Positions 1 through 11,040 of a stretch of 64,000 bases of DNA are shown here, piece by piece (the stretch's first letter is position 1; each line of letters starts with the position of its first letter). Source of the DNA: Camelus ferus (lineage: Eukaryota); the NCBI RefSeq assembly GCF_009834535.1, contig NC_045696.1, positions 63,304,001 through 63,368,000 of the forward strand, written 5' to 3'. The notes below the pieces were generated by a model. That model worked only from the letters and a program-made list of their open reading frames with translations, was not told where the DNA came from and ran no database searches. Both the position numbers and the translations under genes were made by a program.

Positions 1-379
1 GGGGAGTTCACCCTTGACCCCGCTGCCTTTTAGAGCGTTAAATATTCCTCCTCTGTAAGGTTTTGGAAAATTAGGATTTGCCACAGCTTTAATTATGAGC
101 ACAGGTGACCAGAAATGTTCTCTGAGCAAGTGTGGCTTTCGTGTGTGTGTGACCGAAGCTTGAATCAGGGGGTCTAAACGCGAAATAATAGGAAGGAGAA
201 GGGGCAGGTGGATAAGCCGCCTCCTTAGGTCTCCGGGAGGGTGATTTGAGATGTTGGCCTTCACCTTGAATGCTATGTTCAATCCTGGGAGCCCAGACAA
301 CTGATTAATCTAGTAGAGAGAATATAGTAGAAAATGACTAGGAATGGATGGTGGGAGGGGGAGCTGGTGGAGGACTGGG

Positions 380-760
380 ACCAGTCATAGGGAAACTGGT
401 TGAGAGAGGCAGGGGTGTTCAGCCTGGAAAGGAGGGGATTAGGGTGCTTGTCACTGTGTTTCACCAGTTCAAGGGTTGATATGGGGAGGAGGAAGGGATT
501 TATGCCATGGGATTTCAAGGGACCGAACAGGAGGCAGGAGACACAGGGCGGGTAGGGGAGCAGATTCTTGGTCCCAGGGTGGGAGCGGCCGTTCTGTGGG
601 GCCACGAGCTGTCTCTGTGAGCTCTTCCAGCTGCGGCCGAGCCACCTCGAGATAGAAGGAATTGCAGTGTTTGGTGGAGACGGGAGTGAGGCTGGCATGT
701 GTGCTTTAAGATCCCTTCTCCCTCGCACGGCCTGTGATTACTCGAGCCTGCCCTGGGTTG
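380..760 (+). mobile_element. Ancient L3/CR1 LINE 3' fragment
   Basis: gtgttcagcctggaaaggagggg and following sequence resemble the CR1/L3 ORF2 end. Highly degenerate. Confidence 0.5.
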
Positions 761-1967
761 AACTGGGTGGATATGGGCGTATCCCGCTGCCCAGCATCTG
801 GCCACTGGAGACTCTGGCCATGCCTTGCTGAGCTGATCTCACAGAGAGGAAGAGCAATTTGCAGGCACAGTGTCGGTGTGGGTGTGTAATGCTCTGGGGT
901 CAGTCCACATCCTCAAACACAAAGCCAGCCATCCCAACAGCAGGCTTTTTGTAGCTTACTGTTTCCGGGGAGGAGGTCTCTCGGTGGCCAGCAGGGCCTC
1001 CCAGGGTTTTATATTCCCGGATTGTTTTAGAAAGTCTCAATCCTAGGTTCACACACAGTCCTTAGAGGGCTGGCCCCTGGCCAGGGTGTGTGTCTGCTTT
1101 TCTCCCCCATCCCTGCCCCTTCCGCGAGATGTCCAGTCCCTCCTCCCATGGATCAGATCAATGCTCTGCTACTGAGCAGCTATGTGACTGTGAGTTCTTC
1201 CATCTCCCTGGGCCTTAGTGTCCCCATGTATAAAACGGGGGTCTGGACTGGAAGGCCCCTCCCCATCTGATTCTATAGGAGCCCAGAGTCTAGGTCCTGA
1301 ATCAAATCACTTCCCCTTCTTTGTCCATCTACCTCTGTCCTCTCAAAGACACATTCCTGTCACCTGTTTCCTCCACCCCCAGGCTGCCTTGGAATGGCTG
1401 GCCCTGCTCCTCCCCCTCCTAATGCTTAAGCAGCTACAGAAAGGGCTCTTCCCAAAATAGGTGGAGAATCGATCTAAGTGCTTGTCTGGGTGTCCCTGTC
1501 CCCATGTTCATTCCTTCTGCCTGTACCACACTTTGCAGAAACACATTTTGGCTGGTTGTCCTCATGACTCCTGGTTGGAGGGCACCCTGGTGAGGGTCCC
1601 CTGCGAGTCCCTGGTTCAGTCTGGGCTGTGGCTGGGCCCAAGACTCCCTGCTGACTGGGAACACTGCCTGCGTGCTCTGCAGCAGCTCCCAGCTGCCCCA
1701 TCCCTGCCTGCAAAGAGAGAGCTCATCCTCTGGCACCACGCCTGGAATCTCACTTTTCCCAGCGCAATGGCCAGAGGTCCCCTAGATTATTGTGACCTTG
1801 CTTTCACCCACCAGGTGGCTGGGAATAGGCGTTCTTGGACCATACATCCTGGGCCCTGCGTAGAATTTGCTTTCTATGTTATGGTGATCTCACTGGCTCC
1901 CATGGAGGGATGTGCTAAGAAACAACCCTGAGCAGCTCACAGCTCCGTCTGTTAGGATGCTTGATCT

Positions 1968-2067
1968 CTCTTTTTTTTTTTTAATTTTTAATTTTATTTT
2001 AAAAATTTTTATTGAAGTGTAGTCAGTTTACAATGTTGGTTTCAGGTACACAGCAAAGTGATTCAGT

Positions 2068-2101
<34 letters not shown>

Positions 2102-2229
2102 TATGTATTTTTTTTCAGTATCTAGAGAACACTAGATTCTAATTCCAGCCTGTGACTGAGACTTGTCTGGAATTCAGTTTCCTTTTCTAGAGAACAGTAA
2201 TGTGTGTCCGTTGATCCCAAACTTCTAAT
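1968..2229 (-). mobile_element. 5'-truncated artiodactyl-type L1 3' end with internal non-L1 patch, 16-bp TSD
   Basis: Poly-T, then attgaagtgtagtcagtttacaatg...cagcaaagtgattcagttatac with an (ACATAT)n tract. TTAGGATGCTTGATCT is repeated exactly at 1952-1967 and 2230-2245. Confidence 0.85.
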
Positions 2230-5200
2230 TTAGGATGCTTGATCTTGAGGAGGCTTGGACCAAGAGACAAAGTGCCCACTGTGCAAAGACTTTGGAAGAA
2301 ATGCCCATCTGATCTATGTCTCACGGTTAATCGTGCTGATTCTCAGCCACTGATCTTCATATCTGGTGGTATAAACAGACTTGGTTTCCTTTTTCTTGTC
2401 GTTGTGACAAAGCTTACAGGCAAAAGTACAGCCCCCTTTGGCAAGTTTTCCCTCCCACTTCCTGCCTCTCTGGTTGTCCTACCTCAGTCTCCCCTGCAGG
2501 CCGAGCCTCCTCTCTGCAGCCATGCAATGCCAAGAGCCCCCAAAGCATCTAGCACACCATCCTCCCTTCTCAGTCTCTGCTTGTCCCCAACCCCCAGCAG
2601 TTTCACGAAGTCCTTGGCTCTGGGCGCCTTCTGTATCAGGACTGCAGCTGACTGCACGTGCAGCATCACTGATGACACTGCTCTACGAAGTCGGAGCTGG
2701 CTCCCTTCACCTGCCAATGCGCGCAGGGGCAGACCGTCCAGGGGCGGTGCCGTTACTCTGCAGCCTCACTGATGTCTCTGGTTTTAATCTGTGTGCCACT
2801 ACACCAGATGTGGCCTGTCGCATGTGGCCCCAAGGCTGCAGCCCCTCCAGCCTCATGTGTACATTTCAGGTAGGGGGACGAGAGAGAACAGGAAAGCTAA
2901 CCTGCAACGTCTACCCCTTTAAAAAGAATAAATCGATTTTTACGTTGCCATCCGTACACCCATATTGAAAAGTACATAAATCACGTGTGTGCAGCTGGGT
3001 AAATGATCGCAAAATGAATGTTGAGGTGTTTGCTTCTGGTCATTCATTCCTGGACCCCTCTTAGTCCTTCATTTTTGTTTTTCCTCCTTCTTTCCTTCTT
3101 GTCTTTAACTCAAGTTATTTTGTTACATTTGATTTGAGTTACACTAAATCCTTTTTGAAACTGGGAGGGATGAGAGTAGACATGCAAAAAGATGAATGCG
3201 TGGATGGATGGATACAGTTGTCTGAGATGACTGGGAAGCTCATCTACCCTGAGTCACCAGTCCTGAGGGCCATGACTCCAACCTAGATGTGAGGAAATGC
3301 CTCCCAGGAGGGATGGGGCAGGTGATCAGGGCAGGGGAGAGCCCGAGGGTCATCTTTATTTAGCCCTGACGCCAGCTCTCCCCTCTTCCTCGTCACTTGT
3401 CACCTGGGTCTCCATCCATACTGTTAACCACTTCCCACCTTCCTTCTAGGTCCCCAGTCATAATAAGCACCAGCGCAACATTCCTGTCTTCAAAATCCTC
3501 TGCCATCAGAAGCAAAGCTTAGTCATTTCTCTTAATTTGCCAGGAGGGAAATGGCCGATGCCAGAGAAGAGTCTGTCATTCCGAGGAGCCCGGTGATGGC
3601 TCTGACAGTGGAACCCGGGCACCTCTATTATTTAGCCTTGTTTTCCCTTCAGAGCAATAACAAACAGCTTCATTTACTAGAGCAACAGCTATTTCAGCTG
3701 TCTCCTTTCTTATGCAAAAGCTGACCAGAAGGTAGTCTTAACATGTCGCTCCTCTGAAGAGCAGAAACTAACAGTCAAATGGGTCGGCTAAAACAGAGAA
3801 TACTGGATTCTAACTCCAGCCTGTGGCTGAGACTTTTCTGGAATTCAGTTTTCTTTTCTAGAAAAGCACAGATTTAAACTAGATGAGGTCTAAGCTCCTT
3901 GTCTCCTCACTGCCCCAACCCTTCCCCAGAAGCATCTGGTTTGGAGTGCGTCGCAGTGTGAGAATTCTGACCCCTTTTAGGTGACAAAAATGGTCTTGGA
4001 TAATAGCACATTTACAAGCATTGTTTGAACAAAAGAAGAAACCCAATTCCTTCTGATACTGGTTTTATTTGGAAAACTTCACATTTTGTGGTTTGGTTTT
4101 TTTTTTTGACAAACCCTTAAAAAAAAGAGAATGGGAGTGGTGCAAAGGCCTGAGATGAACCTTGCTATGAGAAAGACCTACTTTCTGAACTGTAGATGCT
4201 GTGACCTTTGAAGGTACAGGATTGAATAAACGGCCTAAGACACAGGTTGGACTTGGAGTTTTTCAAAGCAAAGGAGGAGGCAGAATTCCAGCTGCCTCAG
4301 CTCGGGTGAGCCATCAAAAGGGGCTCTAATTTGAAACTCTCACTATGGAAATGAATCCGAGCACAGTGAAGCCTCTGAACAAGGGGACAGGTCAGCGCAG
4401 ACTTACCGAGCTCCAGCCCAGCCGACTGCCTCCCATCCTACAAAGGCCGCTGCCCCCATCCCAGTTTGTGGAGTTTGATTCACGCTATGCGCCTGAGCGG
4501 TGGAAGAAGGCTGGAGGGAGGGTCTAGTTTAGCATTTATTCTGTAGCTGACAGGTCTGGGCACTGATGTGTGCAGTGGGCAGTGCCAAGAGTAGAGGGTC
4601 TGAAATTAGCCAAGGTGGATGCAAATATGTACTGTGAACAAAATTTGCCCACCTCCCTCCTTCCCTTCCCTCTTCCCTGCATCCCTCCTTCCTTTCTTCT
4701 CCTTTATCACATAAAATGGGGTGAAAAGATATGGCTTTTTTCATAAAATAACAGACTGTCCTAAATAGTTAGCTCATGTAATGTCCCCACTTTACGGATG
4801 GGAAAACTGATACTCAAAGAGGGATGTAACTTGCTAAGATCTATATTCTGGGCTCCTAGCTGTCCGTGCTTTTCTTGAGCCTGTTTGGCTGACAGTATGT
4901 TCTTGCTCTCCTTTGGGTTATCCACTGGGGGGAATTTCTAGAGGGAGTGATGAGCCAGGAAGATTTCTCAAAGTGGGGGGCAGGGGAAGAATGGGGCTCA
5001 TTGGATTGAGCCCACGTGCCTCTGTTTTTGTGCAATCTTCAGTCATGTAAGGCATTCAAAATAGACCTGTTCATTCATGTAATAATTAAGGAAAACACAG
5101 CAACTCTTACAGCACCCATCTCTGACCTTTAATTAAGTGTGGTGACGCGCTGGAAGCTGCTCTAGCCATGAGGATCACGATGTTGCTAGTTTAATCATTG

Positions 5201-6606
5201 CAAAGGCTGCTCTGTTTTATTGTGGCATAAAATTTGGAAGTCTCATATGAAAACGTACAATTAAACGTAACTCGAATAAATTGTTTTAGGCCAAAGAGGA
5301 CTTTTCCCTTCTTCCTCCTGCAGCCAGCCCTGTCCCCTTCCCACCTCCATCGTTAACTGTCTGTTTTCAAACTCTCTGAATCTATTTGAGAGAAAGGCAT
5401 AGATGAGATGAAAAACTGTTTAAAAAAAATATTTGGCAAGCTTACTGGAGTCAGCCATAGGTTCAGGACAGATACTGGTTAGGCTCAGACTGACCCACCT
5501 GCATGACTTGAGGCTGGTGGGACAAGAAAGCAGACTCTGAGGCCTCTTGATCCAGGTGGGCTGGTTTCTTGATAAAATAATGAAACTATAACAACCACCA
5601 CCCTTCCTGGTTCCCAGTCACCTATGGAAAAAAGTCCGAATCTCTCAGCCCAGCACACAAGGGCTTCACAAGCTCGTCACCTGTAAAAGCCCACTCCCCT
5701 CAAAAAGGACACTTTCTTGCCTTTGGGTCTTTGCTCACCCCATGGCTCTTGCCTGGAATGCACGCCCAGCCCTTTCACACCCTTTCAGGATCCAACTCAT
5801 CCTCCAAAGCCCAGCGTCCACCCCGCCATGCCTCCCTTGATCTGTCCTGGCTGGAGAACCACCCCCTTCTTTGTCCTTTCAGCACACAATGCTTGCATGA
5901 GGTCAGGATGTGTTTCAGTTTGGGGTGATCGATGTTGGTTGTTAGCATGTCTCAGGACCCTGAGCTCTGAGGGTGGGGGCTGAAGATCCTTTTAGTTTGT
6001 ATCTGCAGACAGTTTGTCCCTGCAGACAGTTTGTCCCTAGCAGAGGGCCCACCTGGAGCCCAGCTGCTGGCCATGAAGGCTGGGACATTTGTTCATCCGG
6101 ACTGTGAGCCTCGCCTTTCCCTGTGATCCTACCTGCATGACTCACCTGGGGACACAGCATTTCCCTCGGGGGCGGATCCTGGGCTGTGGAAGTCCTTCTT
6201 GAGAAGCACTGCACCCTTGCTCACTGGGGCCAGGATGGAGGATGGGGTCTTTAAAATATGGAGAATTCAAGGAATGCTTTCTTTATTATAAAAATCATCA
6301 AATTAATTACAGAAAATGTGGGGAAAATATGAAAGACAAAATTATAGGAGAGGGAAGATGGCTCATATTCCCGTCGCCCAGAGGAAGGCCAGTCTTCCTC
6401 AAAGGCTCAGACAAGTCTGCTGGGTGAGGAGAGCTGAGTTCAGCCCAGAGCGGAGGGCTGAGTTCTATGACCTGTCCACGTCTGGATGAACCAGAAACAG
6501 CTCACTTAGATCAGCTTTCTGTGTTCTTTATTATTAATAATGTTTTCAGAAAGCCTAATTTTTACCTTCATAGGAAAACATTCCACCAGTTAAACAATGG
6601 CCCTCA

Positions 6607-6756
6607 GGGGGAGGGTATAGCTCAAGTGGTAGAGCGCATGCTTAGCATGCATGAGGTCCTGGGTTCAAGCCCCAGTACCCCCTCAATCAATCAATCAATC
6701 AATCAATAAACAAATGAACCTAATTACCTCCCCCCCAGAAAAAAACCTAAAAACAA
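6607..6756 (+). mobile_element. tRNA-Ala(AGC)-derived SINE, vic-1-like (camelid)
   Basis: tRNA head with A box (TAGCTCAAGTGG) and B box (GGTTCAAGCCC), (TCAA)n spacer, aacctaattacctccccc tail, A-rich end. TSD aaacaatggccctca 6592-6606 and aaacaatggtcttca 6757-6771. Confidence 0.85.
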
Positions 6757-6804
6757 AAACAATGGTCTTCAACTCTGTCCAACATAATTCAATATGAGGA
6801 TTAC

Positions 6805-7577
6805 TTTTTTGTGTAAATGTACATAACATAAAATTTGCCCATTTAACCATTTTTCAGGGCACAACTCAATGGCATTAAGCATATGCATATTGGTGTATGG
6901 CCATCATCACTATCCATCTCTAGACATTTTTAATTGTCCCCAGCTGAAACTCTGTACTCATTAAGCATTAACTCCCCGTTCCTCCCTCCCCCAGCCCCTG
7001 GCAACCATCATTCTACTTTCTGTCTCTAGAAATTTGAATACTTCAGGCACTTGCTATCAGTTGTAGCATACAGTGTCTGTCCTTTGGGACACTTGGATTG
7101 CTTCTCCCTTCTGGCTATTATGAATGATGCTGCTGTGAACATGGGTGTATATGTATCTATTTGATCCTTGCTTTCAATTCATTTGGAGATATATATATAT
7201 CTATATATATATACACACACACACATATATTCACTTGCCTGGAAGTGGAATTGCTGGGTCACGTGGTCATTCTATGTTTAAGTTTTGAAGAACCACTAGA
7301 CTGTTTCCCACAACGGTTGCACCATTTTACATTCCCACCAGAAACACACAAGGGTTCCAGTTTCTCTACAACCTCGTCCATGCTCGCTATTTTCTATTTT
7401 GGGAAAGTAGCCATCCTGATGGGTGTGAAGTGATATCTCACTGTGGTTTTGATTTGCAATTCTCTGGTGACTAGTGATGTCGAGCATCTTTGCATGTGCT
7501 TATTGGCCATCTGCGTATCTTCCTGGAGAAATGTCCACTCAAGTCCTTTGCAATGTTTTAATTGAGTTGTTTGTTTG
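6805..7577 (-). mobile_element. Old L1 (L1MB-like) 3' UTR plus ORF2 C-terminal remnant
   Basis: Minus-strand translations MANKHMQRCSTSLVTRELQIKTTVRYHFTPIRMA and WWECKMVQPLWETV are L1 ORF2 C-terminal motifs, broken across frames. Confidence 0.9.
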
Positions 7578-9287
7578 AAGGCTACTTTTCCACGTGTGAA
7601 GTCCTCTCTCCTCCACCCTTGCTCCCAGGCTTGACAGCCTCTGACCAAATAGCCTCCTTGGGACACTCATGATTCTCAACACATCATCATCATTGTCATC
7701 TTCAGGGACAGAACGCCAGGATGAAGAACAATCTCGTGACACTTGCCTTTGGCAAAACAGCACTAATGACCAGTTATGGATGGAGATGAGTCTGGGAGCT
7801 GTCACTGCGGATTTGAAGAAGGTGACTTTCTGCTTGTTTGTCCCAATATTATTATTCTGCATATTTTTAGTGTTTCATTCTTCCTTCATGAGGATGCTGT
7901 GTAGTACTTTATGTAGACCAAGTTCCACCACTTTGGGGTAAGTAGGAAGATTATAAAATCATTTCCTCAAAGACTGCCCTTTTCCTGAGAAGTAAAAAGC
8001 AACCCTACTGTAAGAAAGGATGGGTGGGGAGGAGAGAAGGACCCTCCCACTACCGAGTATCTGCCACGATCAGGACTGAGCTGGGCATATCGCACATGAT
8101 TTTTCTTCTAATCCTTTCATCAGTCACATCAGGCAGGGTGTTATCTGAATTCCCACATGGGGACAAAGAGGCTTGGAGAGGTGACTGATTTACCAAGGTC
8201 CCAGCCAGCCACAGGCAGAGGCAGCAAGCACGCAGCAACCTGAGCCCTTTCTGTGACAGCAAGCACTTCTGCTTCTGGTGCTGGGAGCACGCAGAGGGCT
8301 GAAGTTGGTGTCAGGGACTTGTTTCAAGAAGAAAATATCCTTCTCTCTATCTCTGCTCATCACAACCCCTCCCTCTCTGCTGGACATGTCCATTTGACCT
8401 CTGACATGTTTAATCCTCTGCCATCCCCAGAAGCCCTGTGTCCCCTCCAGGACTGGCCTTCCTGCCAAGCCTTCCCTCTGGGACCCTGCCTCCTGCCCCT
8501 GCTCATTGTACTATCTCCACATCCCCGCCCAGCCTGTTGGCTTCATCCATCCACCACCACAATCTCTTACACTCTGCACCTCCCTCCCAAACGCCCCATC
8601 CCGCTGCTCCTACCCCTTTCCTCATTGCTCTTTCCGGTCCTTTATTTTTCTGGCTCCTCTTCCTTTGTCTGCCTCAGTAATATCAGGGAATCCCAGGTTG
8701 CCTTTCTAAACCCTTTTCTTACCTTATTCTGCACTCAGAACCCCTGAGAATCGGATGAAAGTCAGGAATTGCCTCCCTAGAAGAGCACACATGCACAGCA
8801 CAGAATCTGACACATGATCTCAGGATTCATAGGCTGCATCTCCCTCTCAGTCCTTCAGGTGTGGAGAGCCTACTTCAATGGGTGGGGTTCTTGGATTCCA
8901 GATGAAGCACCATTTCTGGACAGTATCCTTATTTATGGCTTCTTAGACCTCTCTCCCCACCCAGACCCTTCCCCTGAGCTCAGACTCTGGTTTTGGACTC
9001 TGCTGGACAGTCTACATTGTGGTATCATGGGGCTCAAGTGACTCTCTGTCCAAATGAATCTGCCATCTTGGCCCCCAAGCCCTCCCCTTTGTCCTCTCAA
9101 CTCTTAATGGTATCCACCATCCGCTCAGTCACCCAGGCCAAAAACCTAATCACTTTCCTTCATGATTTTTCCTCTTTCATCATCTGTGACATGGACTGCT
9201 AAATAGCTGCCCCCTGCCCCTGCCAGTGGCTGCTCACCCCTACTTCCACAGTTATCAGAGTTTGACTTTTGTACATGGTGCTCACCT

Positions 9288-9615
9288 CAGACTACATTTC
9301 CCTTGCAGTAGGGGCAGCCAGACTACTACGTTCTGACCAATGGATGTGAACAGAAGTGATATGTATAACTTCCAGGTCATGACTTTAAAGAGAAGGACAG
9401 AGCCCTTCACTTCCTCTTTCCTGCCTTTCCTTTGGCTGGAATATGAATGTGAAGGCAGGAGCTGGAGCAGCCATTCTGGACATGAGATGGCAGCCATGGA
9501 TGGGCTGGCAGAGCAATTAGATAGTTGGGATCTCAGTCCCTGAGATTCAGCCACATCACCATTCCAGCTCTAGATGGAAAATAAGCATTCATCTCATTGT
9601 TTTGTGACCTAACCC
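9288..9615. mobile_element. MaLR solo LTR (MLT1J/K-like)
   Basis: cagactacatttccc...ttctgaccaatggatgtgaacagaagtgatatgtataacttccagg motif typical of old MLT1 LTRs. Confidence 0.65.
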
Positions 9616-9873
9616 ATATAGTAATAGCCCCACGGCGTTACCCCACTTACCACCATAACCAAACCATCACCATGCTTTACCAGTTTCACTCCTTATATTA
9701 CTTTTTTTTGATTCAGTCTCCCCTCTCAAGCCTCACTGTCTTGCCTTAGCTCAGGCTTTTACCATCTCCCATCTGAGCTATTGCTATAATTTTATTTTCA
9801 GGTCTCCCTGCACCCCCCTCCTCCCAAGCCATCCATCCTCTGTACTGCTGCCAGAACTATCCATCCTCTCTAC

Positions 9874-10092
9874 CAGTGTTCTCCAACCTCGGTACTCTTG
9901 GCGTCTCAGCCCAGATAATTCTTTGTCTTGTGTGTGGCTGTCCTGCGCCGTGGAACACGTTTAGCAACTTCTCTGGCCTGTCCTCACTAGATGCTACTTG
10001 CGTTCTTTAAGTTGTGACAACCAAAAACATCTTCAGTCAGTGCCAAATGTCCCCTGAAGGGGAGGGAAATCACCCCTGGTTGAAAACCAATG
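9874..10092 (-). mobile_element. MER20 (hAT-Charlie) DNA transposon
   Basis: gtgacaaccaaaaacatc...tgccaaatgtcccctg...ggttgaaaaccaatg matches the MER20 reverse strand. Confidence 0.85.
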
Positions 10093-10257
10093 CCCTACAC
10101 CAACCCGACTGCATCTCTTCCTGGGGAAGCCCTTCCGTGGTCCTCCCTGGCCTACTGAGTGAGTCCAGCAGGTGGGAATCTTCACATGGCAGCTCTTGCA
10201 TTCTTCCAGGATAGTGTTTCTCCTGAGCCCTCACACACACCCTGCCCGCTGGTTGTC

Positions 10258-10332
10258 TTATTTATTTATTTAACTTATTTATTTATTTAATGGAGGTTCT
10301 GGGGAAACACGCACTCTCCCCTCCCCTACCCC
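10258..10332 (-). mobile_element. Internally deleted tRNA-derived SINE remnant
   Basis: (TTTA)n tail followed by tggaggttctgggga, the reverse of the SINE head 3' end, then a short remnant of the 5' head. Confidence 0.45.
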
Positions 10333-10870
10333 ACCCCAGTTATCTTGAACTATTTGCTACATGCTGAGTGTGTCATGGTCCTTGGTGCCTTTGAGTCCCC
10401 AGAGTGCCCAAATGCCTGCTCGTCCCACTAGCCTTAGACCAAGGGTCACCTTGGGGAAGCCTTCCTCCCACGGTCCAGGCAGGCTGGGTGGCTCCCTTAT
10501 GTGGCCCCATCTCATACATGCCTTATGCTTGAATATGACTGTCCATGTGTCTGAGTCCCTCTCAGAACAAATTCACTTCTGTATATGGGTCCTTAGCCAG
10601 GGCCTGCCCCTTACTGGACACTCAGTTTGCTGAGCGAATGCTGGGGCTCCAAGGTGAGCAACCAGGACAGTGGAGGGGAGGGACTGTGTGATGTGTCCAA
10701 GCGTGCAGGAGAGGAGGAGGCTTTGGAATGGGGTGAGCCTGCTCACAGATCCCAAACACTTGAGAGGTTGGCCCACGAGTGAGGGAAGATGCGTGGGGAA
10801 GAGAACCCACTGGTAGAGGTTCCAGGGAGCCAGGTTTCAACATAATAAAAAGAAACACTAAGAAAAAATA

Positions 10871-11040
10871 GGGGGAAGGGTATAGCTCCATGGTAGAATG
10901 TGAGCTTATTAGCATGCACTAGGTCCTGGGTTCAATCCCCAGTACCTCCATTTAAAAAAATAATAATAAACAGATAAATAAATAAACCTAATTACCTCCC
11001 CTCACCTAAATATATAAATATGATTTCAAAAAAAGAAAGA
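10871..11040 (+). mobile_element. tRNA-Ala-derived SINE, vic-1-like, second copy
   Basis: gggggaagggtatagctc...ggtcctgggttcaatccccagtacctcca, A-rich spacer, aaacctaattacctcccc tail, flanked by aagaaaaa(a)atag repeats. Confidence 0.85.

Noticed and set aside
6611..6682. Possible genuine tRNA-Ala gene
   Set aside because: It has a SINE tail, an A-rich end and TSDs, shows an altered T-loop, and a second diverged copy lies at 10871.
7296..7666. ORFs with recognisable protein motifs (also 47741-47926)
   Set aside because: Truncated or frameshifted L1 ORF2 remnants, not host genes.
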